The notes beneath the pieces are model-generated. The model was not told the origin of the DNA and did no database searches. It worked only from the letters and a program-made list of their open reading frames with translations. A program made the translations under genes and the position numbers. 64,000 nt of DNA from an uncultured Chloroflexia bacterium. GTDB lineage: Bacteria; Chloroflexota; Anaerolineae; Anaerolineales; E44-bin32. Location of the stretch: NCBI GenBank assembly GCA_963783335.1, contig CAWAND010000010.1:1285617-1349616 (forward strand). Reading direction: 5' to 3'. Below are positions 21,321 to 31,543 of this stretch, piece after piece. How positions within the stretch are numbered: the stretch's first letter is position 1; each line of letters begins with the position of its first letter.

Positions 21321-24300
21321 ATGCTGGAACTTCGCATACTAGGGCAGTTTGACGTCCAACTCGATGGCAAGACCATCGAGATTGCCTCGCGCCCGGCACA
21401 ATCGCTGTTTGCCTACCTGTGTTTCCATCAGACTGTGCAGCACCGTCGGGAGAAGCTGGCCGGTATGCTGTGGCCGGATTCGGATGAATCCAATGCCCGC
21501 AGCAATCTTCGCCACGCCCTGTGGCGTCTGGGAGAGAGCGTTGGCAAGGGCCAATTCTTGGCAGATAAGCTGAGCATCGCGATCAATCCTGATGCAGAAT
21601 TGTGGGTAGATGTGGCAGCATTCGAGGCGGTCACCGACGATGACTCGCTCGAAGCCGTGCTTTCGGCCGTGCAGCTGTACCATGGAGAACTTCTTCCCGG
21701 TTTCTATGATGACTGGGTCGAACTAGAACGTGAAAGACTGCGTGCTGCGTACGATCGCAAAGTTGAGCGCCTGATCGCTCTTCAGCTCGAGGCCGGACGT
21801 TGGGCAGCTGCCATTCAATGGGCGGAACGATGGATTGCCGAGGGCCATGTTCCGGAGTCGGCTTTTCGTTCGCTCATGATTGCCCATCACGCCCTGGGTG
21901 ACGTCGCCAAAGTCGTGAGCACCTATGAGCGCTGCCGGGCGATCCTACGGGAAGACCTGGATGTGGAGCCCTCATCGGAGACGAGGCAACTCTTCCAGGA
22001 GTTGACTCAGCAAGGTGTATCCGGCGATTCGCTTCGGGTCCCCGAGCCAGAGGGGCCATCAAGAGGGTTCGACGCACAGCCGGTCATCAGCGGTGGCTCC
22101 AGGCGGCAAGCGTGGCTGGAGGAAAATGGCTCGGGTGTGTTCGTCGGGCGTGAAAAGCAGCTGGACGAATTAGAGCGCATGCTCAGTGTCAGTCTGCAGG
22201 GGCAAGGTCAGCTGGCCATGATTGTTGGGGAAGCGGGCAGCGGGAAGACGACCTTGGCCACCTCCTTTGCTCGCGAAGTCTTGTCAAAACGGCCCGACAT
22301 GAAGGTGGCGATCGGGCGATGCGACCTTTACACCGGCGCGGGCAATCCCTATGCACCTTTCCAATCCGTGCTCGGAGCGCTTCTAGAGCAAGGCACAGCA
22401 CCCGTCGAGAACGGTGGGGCGAAGAACGGGGATCGGGTCTCTGAGCTATCTCCGACAACGCGTTGGCTCCGGCAACGTTTGATGGCATTCGCGCCCGACC
22501 TCTTGGGCACCATGATCCCTAAGCACTGGTTGAGCACGTCACTGGTGGATAAACCCCCTCAACCTCATTCTTGGGAGGAAGCTGTGGGCCGGATCGTGGT
22601 CTCCGGCGGCGGATCGGGATCGGCGTCCGTGCTGCATCGCAATCGTGTGCTGGAGGCGTATGCTGATGTCCTGCTCGGCTACAGTGCTCAGCGTCCGTTG
22701 TTGATCGTCCTCGATGATCTGCACTGGATCGACCCATCGTCTGCCAACCTGTTGCGATTCCTGGCAAGTGAGATGCAGAATTCGCCGATGCTTCTGGTTG
22801 GTACCTACCGGCCCGACGAGATCGGGCCGAGGCCTGACGGCGCGCCTCATCCCCTTGCAGAAGTCTTGCCGGACTTGAAGCGGGTTTTTGGCGATATGTG
22901 GTTGGACGTCGAGCAGAGCGATCCGGAGGATGCTCGTATCTTTGTTGATCAACTCCTTGAGACGCAGTCCATTGAAGTTGGGCCGGGTTTTCGCCAATCC
23001 CTTGCGGACACCACTCGGGGCCACCCATTCTTCGTTCTTGAATTGATCAAGGATCTGCAGGAAAGAGGAGGTCTGATAGAAAGCGAGGGTGGAACGTGGG
23101 TGGAGGCGGAGGGTCTAGATCTCGGTGTGCTCCCAACGCGAGTGGAGGCGGTAGTAGAGGATCGGGTCGGACGGCTTGATGCCGAGATGCTGGAGGCGGT
23201 AAGCATCGCCAGTGTGCAAGGTGATGATTTCATCGCCGAAGTAGTCGCCGAAATTCAACAAGTAGACCCGGCGGCTTTGGTTCGCCGCCTGACAGACGAG
23301 CTGGGTCGGGAACATCGCTTGGTCGAAGAGGTGGGCATCGAACGCGTGCAGGGGCAGTTGTTGACGCGCTTCGCGTTTCGGCACGTTTTGATCCAGAAGT
23401 ACCTCTATCAACGCCTTGGGAAGGGCGAACGCGCTTACTTGCACGAAGCGACTGGGCGGGGCCTGGAAAGGGTATATGCGGCCAGCGATTTCCCTCCCGC
23501 CAGCCAACTGGCGCGTCACTACGTTGAGGCGGGTCTGGGGAAGGAAGCTGCTGCCTACTTGCAGCTGGCTGGCGAGCAGGCGCTCAAGGTATCGGCATAT
23601 CCCGAGGCGATCGCCCATTTGATGCAGGCACGCCGGCTGTCCCCCGCTGGAACAGCTGAAGAAGCGGGTGCCAATCGTGTGGCCCAGGCTCGGCAGGAGC
23701 GTTTGTTGGGCGAAGCCCACTACGGTCTCGGAGATCTGGGGAAGAGTTCCGCGCACTTGGAGCGGGCGGCAAAGCACCTGGGAAAAGCGGTTCCCCACGG
23801 CACATCACACGTTGGCCTAGGCCTGGCCGGAGAGATACTCGTCCAAGGGTTGCGCCTGGCTTTCGGATCGCACTTTCGCGCCGGCCCGGGGCGAGAGGCA
23901 GAATTGTTTCACGAGGCGGCTGTCACCTACAAGCTGCTGGCAGAGATCTATCTGGTGAGGAATGAGACCTTGCTCACCGTATATGCGGCGGTGCGCGGCC
24001 TGAATCTGGCAGAGAATTCCGGTTCGCACTCCGACCTGGCGCGCGCGTATGCCGACGCGACAGTGATTGCGCCTCTTCTCAGGCTACGTGGGCTGGGGGA
24101 GCGCTATCGCCAACGAGCGCTGCAGCAGGTTGAACTTGATGAAGGGTCGCGAGCCCACGCCTACGTCGACCTCTCCACAAGCATCTATACGCTGGGTGAG
24201 GCCAACTGGGGAGCGGCGCATGCGTCGATAGAAGCGGCCAATCATGCTCACGAACAAGCGGGAGATTGGAACCGGCTCGGCGTCGGCCTGATGCTCATGG

Positions 24301-25064
24301 CCAACTATCTATCCCTGCGCGGCGAGAATGAGGCGAGCCTAGAAACATACTTGCGGTTATCCGCGTTGGCTGAACGCAGTGGCAACACGCAGCACCTGGC
24401 CTGGGGCATCGACGGTCGGGCAAAGTGCCTTATCCGGCGCGGCGAAAAGCGAGATCTTGTGACGGCGGTCGAGCTCCTCGCTCGGTCGGTGGCGATGTTG
24501 AAGGACGAGGGGATGCACCAAGAGGAGGTCGAAGCGCTCGGATTCTTGGCCTTCGCGCAGTGGAGCCTCGGGCGACCAGAGGCTGCCCTATCTGCAGCCG
24601 AAAAGGCGTCATTGATTTTGGAGCGGTCAGCGCCCAACTTCTTTTCACAAGTCGAAGGGTACGCGGGGGTCGTGCGCACCTATCTTCTGGCCTGGGAAGC
24701 GGAAACGGTCTCTGGAGGCAAACCCGGAAGCCACCTTCGTCAGCGCACTGCGCACGCGGTCAACGCTCTCGATCGGCTGGCCCGTATCTTCCCGGTTTGC
24801 GTGCCTCGGGCGACCATCTGGCATGCGAGTTTGGATTGGATGGGCAATCGGCGCGCGAGTGCCCTTCGAGGTTGGCAGAAAGGGCTGAAACTTGCCATTG
24901 CACTAGAGATGCCCTATGAAGAAGCTCTTGCCCATCTGGAACTGGGAAGCCACCTATCCCAAGGGGACGCCGACCGCAGCCGACATCTCAAATTGGCTGA
25001 GGATCTGTTTAAGCGACAGTCAGCTGCCGGTGAACTGGCCCTTGTCCGAAAGGCGAAGGGCTAG
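21321..25064 (+). CDS. Large transcriptional regulator: SARP-type wHTH + BTAD + AAA ATPase + TPR-like helical region
   Basis: LRILGQF..LAGMLWP..ARSNLRHALWRL, LYHGELLPG..W..ERERL, DLDVEPSSET; Walker A GEAGSGKT, Walker B LLIVLDDLHW; helical C-terminus. Confidence 0.88.
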   Translation: MLELRILGQFDVQLDGKTIEIASRPAQSLFAYLCFHQTVQHRREKLAGMLWPDSDESNARSNLRHALWRLGESVGKGQFLADKLSIAINPDAELWVDVAAFEAVTDDDSLEAVLSAVQLYHGELLPGFYDDWVELERERLRAAYDRKVERLIALQLEAGRWAAAIQWAERWIAEGHVPESAFRSLMIAHHALGDVAKVVSTYERCRAILREDLDVEPSSETRQLFQELTQQGVSGDSLRVPEPEGPSRGFDAQPVISGGSRRQAWLEENGSGVFVGREKQLDELERMLSVSLQGQGQLAMIVGEAGSGKTTLATSFAREVLSKRPDMKVAIGRCDLYTGAGNPYAPFQSVLGALLEQGTAPVENGGAKNGDRVSELSPTTRWLRQRLMAFAPDLLGTMIPKHWLSTSLVDKPPQPHSWEEAVGRIVVSGGGSGSASVLHRNRVLEAYADVLLGYSAQRPLLIVLDDLHWIDPSSANLLRFLASEMQNSPMLLVGTYRPDEIGPRPDGAPHPLAEVLPDLKRVFGDMWLDVEQSDPEDARIFVDQLLETQSIEVGPGFRQSLADTTRGHPFFVLELIKDLQERGGLIESEGGTWVEAEGLDLGVLPTRVEAVVEDRVGRLDAEMLEAVSIASVQGDDFIAEVVAEIQQVDPAALVRRLTDELGREHRLVEEVGIERVQGQLLTRFAFRHVLIQKYLYQRLGKGERAYLHEATGRGLERVYAASDFPPASQLARHYVEAGLGKEAAAYLQLAGEQALKVSAYPEAIAHLMQARRLSPAGTAEEAGANRVAQARQERLLGEAHYGLGDLGKSSAHLERAAKHLGKAVPHGTSHVGLGLAGEILVQGLRLAFGSHFRAGPGREAELFHEAAVTYKLLAEIYLVRNETLLTVYAAVRGLNLAENSGSHSDLARAYADATVIAPLLRLRGLGERYRQRALQQVELDEGSRAHAYVDLSTSIYTLGEANWGAAHASIEAANHAHEQAGDWNRLGVGLMLMANYLSLRGENEASLETYLRLSALAERSGNTQHLAWGIDGRAKCLIRRGEKRDLVTAVELLARSVAMLKDEGMHQEEVEALGFLAFAQWSLGRPEAALSAAEKASLILERSAPNFFSQVEGYAGVVRTYLLAWEAETVSGGKPGSHLRQRTAHAVNALDRLARIFPVCVPRATIWHASLDWMGNRRASALRGWQKGLKLAIALEMPYEEALAHLELGSHLSQGDADRSRHLKLAEDLFKRQSAAGELALVRKAKG

Positions 25065-25069
25065 GGGGC

Positions 25070-25867
25070 ATGAGCTTGATGTCAAGGGCTTTGAGGCGAG
25101 CGCGGGCGAAATTGCTCGCACGTTGGTACGCGCGTCTTGCCACGATGCTGGTCACGACGCCCATCGTCTGCTTGAACTACGGTTACGTACCGTTGCGCGA
25201 AGGTCCGACCCTGGCGGAGATCACGCCTCTCCAAGAACCCATGCGGCATTACCTGCAGCTGTACGCGTATGTGGCTGGAGCGATGGAGTTGGCGGGAAAG
25301 GATGTGCTGGAAATCAGCTGTGGCTACGGGGGCGGAGCCGATTTCATCAACACTGGTTGGCGGCCACAAACTTACGTTGGGCTGGATCTGATCGAGGCTC
25401 CACTGCAGGCTGCCACAAGGCGCTTCTCTTCGAATGGCCTCTCGTTCGTGTCAGGGAGGGCCGATTCGGTGGGTTTGGCTTCGGCGGCCTTCGATGCTGT
25501 CATTAGCGTTGAAGCCTCGCACTGCTATCCGAGCATTTCCCGCTTCTTGGATGAGGTCCACCGGCTGCTTCGCCCTGGCGGGAAGTTGGTGCTGGCGGAT
25601 TATCGTCCGGCCTCAGCCATGTTGGAACTCACGCGACAGTTCCCGCAGAGTGGGTTGGAATTGGTCGAGATGGTCGACATCACGGCAAATGTCTTGATGT
25701 CGCTTGAAGAGACACATGCGCAGCGATCCCGATGGATCGCCAACTACGGCCCCCTGTGGCTGCGGCCGTTCATGGGCCAGCTGGCGGGCGTGCGAGGGTC
25801 GGTCGTCTATCGCGGGTTTCGGTCGGGCAGGTTGGTTTACCGGCGGTTCCTGCTGAGCAGGGCCTAG
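25070..25867 (+). CDS. Class I SAM-dependent methyltransferase, resembling mycobacterial phthiotriol/fatty-acid O-methyltransferases
   Basis: LNYGY, LQLY, VLEISCGYGGGA, YVGLDL, VEASHCYP, LRPGG. Confidence 0.82.
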   Translation: MSLMSRALRRARAKLLARWYARLATMLVTTPIVCLNYGYVPLREGPTLAEITPLQEPMRHYLQLYAYVAGAMELAGKDVLEISCGYGGGADFINTGWRPQTYVGLDLIEAPLQAATRRFSSNGLSFVSGRADSVGLASAAFDAVISVEASHCYPSISRFLDEVHRLLRPGGKLVLADYRPASAMLELTRQFPQSGLELVEMVDITANVLMSLEETHAQRSRWIANYGPLWLRPFMGQLAGVRGSVVYRGFRSGRLVYRRFLLSRA

Positions 25868-25876
25868 CCGCCTTGC

Positions 25877-26086
25877 CTAGGCTTCTCCGTCAGGTCGAGG
25901 TGGATACGATTTCGGCGGTGTGCCAGCAGCCGACCAGTCGTAGAACATCGGAATCAGGGAAAGGCTCCGATATGTGTTCGCGCCGCCGCAAGCGGTGCAC
26001 TGCGGCGGCGGGTGGTGACCGGTATTGGCTGCACGAGGATAGAACCTAGAACCGCAGTCCAGGCAAACGTGCTCGTGGATATGCAT
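25877..26086 (-). CDS. Small zinc-ribbon protein (FmdB-like)
   Basis: MHIHEHVCLDCG..F..CTACG; strong GGAGG SD. Confidence 0.7.
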   Translation of the reverse strand: MHIHEHVCLDCGSRFYPRAANTGHHPPPQCTACGGANTYRSLSLIPMFYDWSAAGTPPKSYPPRPDGEA

Positions 26087-26140
26087 CGTCCTCCCTCTCC
26101 CAAAGGTATCTGGATCAGCGAAAGCTTGCTCAGGGCTGGC

Positions 26141-27598
26141 TCAATCATCCCCCTCCGGCGTCGGTGAGCTCTCGCCTTCCGAACCAGAGTCCTTCTTTTC
26201 AATCTTCAGGGCCAAAAGGCTGCCGTCCGAGTATGTGACGGCTTTCACTTGGGCGCGATCGCCGACTTCTGGTGCTCCCTCGATATCGGTCTCTGAATCA
26301 ATGCCGACGGTGCGACCATCGACTACCCATTGGTCAGAGGCGATGGAATCAACCCTGCCGCTGAATTCGATCTCCTCTCCTCGATCATCCCCGGATCCGT
26401 CGCCGCCACTCTCTATGAGGCGGATCCGCTGCGCCTGCAATGTGCCGTCGGCAAGGCGCGTCCCTTGCACTTCGACCGTGTCGCCGATCCCAATCGCCCC
26501 GTCTATCTCCGTGCGGCTGGTGACGGCTACGTTTTCTCCGCTGATGGACCAATTCCCTTGGCCCTTCGATTCCACTTTTCCGGAGAAGGTTATCGTCTCT
26601 GAGCCGTCTGCTTCAGGCGCGGGTGTCTCTTGCTCGGACTCACGGGTTTCGGTGGGAGCAATTTGGGGCTGAGGTGTGTCTGATGGTGTCGCAACCAGCG
26701 GAAGGGCTGTTGCCGCTGGATGGTTTTGGCCTTTTTCCAGCAAGTGGATTGAAGCGACCACAGTCATGCCCGCCTCGTTGTGGATCTGAACGGCGACCTG
26801 GTCGCCTATCCCTATGCCGTTATCTATCTGGGTGTCGGGCGCCAGGCGGACAGCACGCCCCGAGATTGTCCACACGTTCGCGTTCATGGCCTCGACCACG
26901 CCCACGAATTGCTGGCCCGTGCGCTGCACACTGGCGGCCAGAACCCAGCCTGAGGGGTGGGTGTTGCCAGCCACACTCACAAAGTCGCCCGGCCTGAGAT
27001 CAGCCGTGAGCTGCGCCCCAGGGGAGGGTAGGACGAGGACGCCGTCGACGGTGAAGAAGCCTCCGGAGATCGATTCGAGTCGACCTTCAAATTGGACTCG
27101 CGCCACCCGGCCCAAAACCAGGAGCCGCTTGACCTCTTCGACTCGCCTTTTGTCAAACGATGATGCAAGCGAGAGTTGGGAGGATGAACCCAGTGAAAGG
27201 CTGAGCCGGACCTGCTCAACCGCCCGCTTGACGGGATACAGGCTTTCTCCGGGAAGCGATTCGGCAGACGCCACCACCAGGCCGGTGCTGCCGAAGATGA
27301 ACACCAACACCAGGGCAATGCCAATGGCTGCCAGCCGGGGAATGCTTGTCTGGGGACGCCTCGCAGGGGCGCTCCTGCGAAGCTCTGACGCTCGGCCGAG
27401 CAAGCGGGTGCGGCTGCGCAGAGCTCGTTCTCTGGATACGGGCACATCCCAAGGCTTGTGAGCTTCGATGGCGGCCATAAGCAGCGGCCGGAGTTCCGCG
27501 CTCAGTTCGGGGTATCTTGAAAGGCAGGATTCCAGCGACTCGTCCTGAAGCAGAGCAGCCCAGCACCGATCGAAGGCATCTTCAATACGCGTGCTCAT
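26141..27598 (-). CDS. Putative anti-sigma factor: N-terminal helical domain, 1 TM, DUF5667-like motif and four DUF5666-like repeats
   Basis: ATGA-coupled to the ECF sigma; SLPGESLYPVKRAVEQVRL; four FxGxV..W/F..G..VGD.V.V..A..I repeats. Confidence 0.8.
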   Translation of the reverse strand: MSTRIEDAFDRCWAALLQDESLESCLSRYPELSAELRPLLMAAIEAHKPWDVPVSRERALRSRTRLLGRASELRRSAPARRPQTSIPRLAAIGIALVLVFIFGSTGLVVASAESLPGESLYPVKRAVEQVRLSLSLGSSSQLSLASSFDKRRVEEVKRLLVLGRVARVQFEGRLESISGGFFTVDGVLVLPSPGAQLTADLRPGDFVSVAGNTHPSGWVLAASVQRTGQQFVGVVEAMNANVWTISGRAVRLAPDTQIDNGIGIGDQVAVQIHNEAGMTVVASIHLLEKGQNHPAATALPLVATPSDTPQPQIAPTETRESEQETPAPEADGSETITFSGKVESKGQGNWSISGENVAVTSRTEIDGAIGIGDTVEVQGTRLADGTLQAQRIRLIESGGDGSGDDRGEEIEFSGRVDSIASDQWVVDGRTVGIDSETDIEGAPEVGDRAQVKAVTYSDGSLLALKIEKKDSGSEGESSPTPEGDD

Positions 27599-28134
27599 GA
27601 TTGGTCCACGCCCATTTGACGGCGCAACGCTTGAATGGCGCGAAACTGAAGGGCTTTGACTGCGTTGACACGTCTACCCATGAGGGTTGCGGTCTCCTGC
27701 AGGGTGCAACCTGCGCCAAAACGAAGGGCAACCACGTGCTGCTGATCGGGGGTGAGTTTCGCCAAGGCTGCCTGAAGCCCTGCCCTATCTTCTTGGTTGT
27801 CCAAGATTGAAACCGGACCGGGGCTTTCCTCGGCAACTGATTCGGCCAACTCTGCCACATCGTGCCGGTAGATTTTGCGGAAATAGTCATTGACGGCATT
27901 TGAGCACGTGCTCAAGAGCCAGCCCCGCAAGTTGGTGTGAGGGGTTTTGCCCCTACCCACCGCCTCCAACAAGCGTACGAAGACATCGGAAACGATATCT
28001 TCGGCGACATCTGGGCTGGACACACGAAAACGCGCGTACCTGAAGAGCTCGGTGAAGTAGCGATCGTGGACTTCAGCCACGGCCCTAGGATCCATCTGGG
28101 CCAAGCGCTTCAGGTTGATAGATTCGTCGCTCAT
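27595..28134 (-). CDS. ECF sigma-70 factor (BldN-like)
   Basis: AEDIVSDVF, LRGWL, LTPDQQHVVALRF, ETATLMGRRVNAVKALQFRA; ATG at 28134 lies downstream of an extended -10. Confidence 0.9.
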   Translation of the reverse strand: MSDESINLKRLAQMDPRAVAEVHDRYFTELFRYARFRVSSPDVAEDIVSDVFVRLLEAVGRGKTPHTNLRGWLLSTCSNAVNDYFRKIYRHDVAELAESVAEESPGPVSILDNQEDRAGLQAALAKLTPDQQHVVALRFGAGCTLQETATLMGRRVNAVKALQFRAIQALRRQMGVDQS

Positions 28135-28197
28135 GAGCGAGTCCGGCGCGCAACCGATGGCGAGAAAGCAGGGTTTTGAGGCGGCATATTCGAGCGA

Positions 28198-28206
28198 GTA
28201 TAGCAT
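28198..28206 (-). promoter_or_regulatory. Extended -10 element upstream of ECF sigma gene
   Basis: TGCTATACT on the minus strand, about 65 nt before ATG 28134. Confidence 0.45.
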
Positions 28207-28319
28207 GCGGGAATTCATGGGTGAGGTGTGCCATTCCTGGACAGGAAATCGCACACCTCACCTCTACGGTCGAAACCGGACCCATCGACTAGGGGTGCCA
28301 ATCGGGCACCTGGCCAGGC

Positions 28320-29354
28320 CTAGTCGTCGGAAGCAGAGCCACTGCCGTCATGGCCCTCGTCCGAACTTGACTTCGAATCGTCGCCACTCCCTTCATGATG
28401 GTCCTCGGATCGGGTGCCGTCCTCAGCTTCATAGGCTCCATCCGACGACGTGCTGGTTGAGATAGCTGTGCCGGACTTGACTTCGACGCTCTTGGCGCTC
28501 AAGGAGCCGTCGGCGTTCAGGGCCGCCTCGACCTGAACCTGGACTCCCACGTCCAAGGCACCTTCGATCTTCGTGGAGGGGAGCAAGTCGATGCTCTGCC
28601 CGTTGACAGTTATAGAGGTGCTGGAGTAGGCATCAACCGTCCCACTGACCTGCATCTCGATGCCGTCCTGTTCGCTGTCGCCATTCTGATCGCCGCTCTG
28701 CTTGGGCAACTCCCCGGTCGAAGAGAGCTTGATCTCTTGGGCAGCAATGGTGCCGTCAATGGTGACTTTGGCTTGGACCTCTACTGTGTCTCCCAGAATG
28801 ATGGCATCCTTGACCTCGGTCTGGTCGGTGATGGTGACGGTCTTGTCGCCAATCGTCCATGTCCCCGCCGCCATGGCAGTGACCACACCAACAAACTCGT
28901 AATCTCCTGCCTCGGGCGTCTCATCAGGGGACGGGGTGGATGACATCTCTTGCGTGGGTTCTGGTGTCTTGTCCGTGGCGGTGTCGGTCGGCGACTCATC
29001 AGTTTGGGGCTCGGTCGAGGTCTCGATTTCCGTGGCCAGCAGTGTGCCAGCTGCCGAATCCAATGTCAGGTGAACCTTCACCATGTCGCCGACGGCGATA
29101 TCACCCTTAATCTGGGTGGCACCATTGACGTTGAATGAGACCCCCTCCACCGTCCAGCTGTCGCTGCTCATCGCCTGGACGTGACCGCTGAACGACATTT
29201 CCGAGCCGGAGTCGCTGATCTTGACATTATCTGGGAGCGCGGCCATAAGATCTGCAGGGAGCGCACCGCCGCACGCGCTCAGCAGGCTGGCGAGCAGGAT
29301 GCCCACCCCCAGAATCACAAGCGATCGACCTAATTTGCTCATCGCAAAAACCAT
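28320..29354 (-). CDS. Lipoprotein with three DUF5666-like repeats and an acidic Ser/Asp/His tail
   Basis: Signal peptide with LSAC lipobox; three repeats matching those of the anti-sigma. Confidence 0.82.
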   Translation of the reverse strand: MVFAMSKLGRSLVILGVGILLASLLSACGGALPADLMAALPDNVKISDSGSEMSFSGHVQAMSSDSWTVEGVSFNVNGATQIKGDIAVGDMVKVHLTLDSAAGTLLATEIETSTEPQTDESPTDTATDKTPEPTQEMSSTPSPDETPEAGDYEFVGVVTAMAAGTWTIGDKTVTITDQTEVKDAIILGDTVEVQAKVTIDGTIAAQEIKLSSTGELPKQSGDQNGDSEQDGIEMQVSGTVDAYSSTSITVNGQSIDLLPSTKIEGALDVGVQVQVEAALNADGSLSAKSVEVKSGTAISTSTSSDGAYEAEDGTRSEDHHEGSGDDSKSSSDEGHDGSGSASDD

Positions 29355-29400
29355 CCTTCCAGCTACTTGGTACGGCTAAATCATCGCAACTTCATATAGG

Positions 29401-29429
29401 TTGTCGTCAATGGGCAAGCAAAGGTTACG
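29401..29429 (-). promoter_or_regulatory. Candidate ECF-sigma promoter
   Basis: CGTAAC-N17-CGACAA, 46 nt upstream of the lipoprotein ATG. Confidence 0.4.
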
Positions 29430-29495
29430 GCCGATCGCGGAATCGGTCCTTATGGGCTATTCGAGATGGGTAGGGGAAACAGAATGCGCGGCTGC

Positions 29496-30416
29496 TCAGT
29501 CTGGCCGGCGCACCTGGAACTGGTCGAAGTCGCGGGCCACGCTGGTGTTGGGGAAGACCTGGGAGGCTTCGGCCAACACGTCTTTTTCGCGGTAGCGCCG
29601 TGAAATGTGCGTTAGATAGAGCTTCCCGACGCCGGCGTCCCTTGCCAGCCCAGCGGCGTCTTTGGCCGTCAAGTGGCCGAATTGCCTGGCAAGCTGGGTC
29701 TCGTACTCCAGATAAGTAGATTCGATGACCAGTGCATCTGCATCTCGGCAGACCTCGAGAAGATTGTCGGTCCGAGCACAATCGCCAACATGGATCATTT
29801 TGGCGCCGCGTCGTTCGGGGCCAAGCACAGCCTCGGGAGGGATGACTCGCCCATCGGGCAGTCTGGCCTCCCGCCCTTCAACCAGATCCTTGCGGATCGG
29901 GCCCGCAGGGACGCCCAATTCCTCTGCTTTCTCTGCCAGGAACGGACGACGGGACTCCTCGATGAAGGCGTAACCGTAGCAGTCTGGCCCGCGATGTGTC
30001 ACCGGAAACGCTTCCACGCGGACGCCATCTGCCTGATAGAGAAGTCCCGGCTCGACAGGCACCAGGCGGATGTCGAGGGGAGGGCGGGCGCCGCGCAGCA
30101 CCACCCCGAACACGAGGTCGTGGATGCGTTCGAGTGCCCAGCTTCCGGCGAAGATTTCCAGAGTTTCAATGGCCTCCCAGCGGGCGAAGGTTGAGAGCAG
30201 ACCGGCCAATCCGAGGATGTGATCCAAATGGCCGTGAGTGATCAGCACCCGGTTCAGCCTACGGAAGCCGATGCCGGAGCGAAGAATCTGCCGTTGGGTG
30301 CCTTCACCACAGTCGATCAGAAAGCGTTGATCTCGGAAGCTGACCACGTGCGAAGAAAGCCCGCGGTGAACGGACGGGGCAGAAGCCGATGTTCCAAGAA
30401 ATATGAATTCAAACAC
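29496..30416 (-). CDS. rnz: Ribonuclease Z
   Basis: FLGTS, DCGEGTQRQ, THGHLDH, GP-rich flexible arm, THISRRY. Confidence 0.93.
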   Translation of the reverse strand: MFEFIFLGTSASAPSVHRGLSSHVVSFRDQRFLIDCGEGTQRQILRSGIGFRRLNRVLITHGHLDHILGLAGLLSTFARWEAIETLEIFAGSWALERIHDLVFGVVLRGARPPLDIRLVPVEPGLLYQADGVRVEAFPVTHRGPDCYGYAFIEESRRPFLAEKAEELGVPAGPIRKDLVEGREARLPDGRVIPPEAVLGPERRGAKMIHVGDCARTDNLLEVCRDADALVIESTYLEYETQLARQFGHLTAKDAAGLARDAGVGKLYLTHISRRYREKDVLAEASQVFPNTSVARDFDQFQVRRPD

Positions 30417-30503
30417 GGGGCGTCGATCCGTCGTGGGACAAGGTCTGGGCCCGTACCCATGACGGACCCTCAGGGGCCATTGTACCTTAAGGGTCGATCG
30501 AGA

Positions 30504-30962
30504 TCAGAGGAGCTTGGGCTCGATGAATAATGCGGCGGCGCCGGCGGCGATGGAAGACAGCCCCACCAACACTGGAAAGAGTGTGCCGCTGGACAGCCCG
30601 AGACTGAAGCCCCACAGAGCCGAAAGCGCCATGGCTGCGGCGAAGTAGCGCCGTCCGAAGGTTGGACGCCATACCTGTGGGGGAGTCCAAACGGGCTGGA
30701 TCAGAGCAAGCAGGATCACCGCGGCTGAAATCATCAGTAGAGTGAGTCGCAAGATCGGCGGCCAGCCGGACCGGAAGAGGACAAACACCGTGGCCGGCAG
30801 GAAGAGCAGGACTATGTAGCCCGCGCCGAGCAGCAAGGTTTGCCGGGAGCGGCGATGGCCCATCGTTCGAAGCAGCAAACCGAGCACGCCGCTGAAACCA
30901 AGGTACAGCGAAGCCGCACCCAAAACGTAAGCGGTAGGGGATAGGGACGACAGATTTGCCAT
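30504..30962 (-). CDS. Hypothetical membrane protein (~5 TM)
   Basis: Hydrophobic 152-aa ORF co-oriented with its neighbours. Confidence 0.65.
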   Translation of the reverse strand: MANLSSLSPTAYVLGAASLYLGFSGVLGLLLRTMGHRRSRQTLLLGAGYIVLLFLPATVFVLFRSGWPPILRLTLLMISAAVILLALIQPVWTPPQVWRPTFGRRYFAAAMALSALWGFSLGLSSGTLFPVLVGLSSIAAGAAALFIEPKLL

Positions 30963-31009
30963 AGTGGTCGAAAGGGTGCAAGTCGCGTGCCGATGTGCTG
31001 CGGAGAAGG

Positions 31010-31519
31010 TCAGGCGGTGCGCGCGATCGCCGTCAAGGCGAGCACGATCAGGCTGAGGGCCAGGTTAACCCGAGTGAGGCGAGCCTGGCTTTGAACGGTC
31101 CCTTCACGGGGCAAGACTGCGTCAGGACGCTTTGCGCGCAGAAGAAGCGTACGCTCGAGTTTCGGCTGCAGGAACCAGGTCTGATAGGCTGCCGCCGCCA
31201 CCATCAGGGCTATCGAAATGTGTTTGAGCAGGATGGCTTGCGCCCAGCGGCTGCCGATGACCAGAAAGCCCTGATACTGGGGGCTGGCTTCCATCTGAAT
31301 CAACCCAGTGACGACCAAGGCGCCCAGGCTGAGCCAGGCGATCGGCTCGAACCGTCGCCGCATTCCCCGCAAGATGTCTTCCCATAGCTGCGGTTGACGG
31401 CTGTCGGACAGAATGGGATTGAGGACAAAAGCTTGAAAGAAGAGGCCACCGATCCAGGCTACGGTGGCGGCCATATGCACCCAGAAGGCGACCGTCAACA
31501 CCCACGTTGGCGTGGTCAT
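31010..31519 (-). CDS. CopD/DUF4149-like membrane protein
   Basis: HMAATVAWIGG, ALVVTG, LLKH motifs; 4 TM. Confidence 0.75.
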   Translation of the reverse strand: MTTPTWVLTVAFWVHMAATVAWIGGLFFQAFVLNPILSDSRQPQLWEDILRGMRRRFEPIAWLSLGALVVTGLIQMEASPQYQGFLVIGSRWAQAILLKHISIALMVAAAAYQTWFLQPKLERTLLLRAKRPDAVLPREGTVQSQARLTRVNLALSLIVLALTAIARTA

Positions 31520-31543
31520 GGCTGACCGCCCCTGACAGATGGA

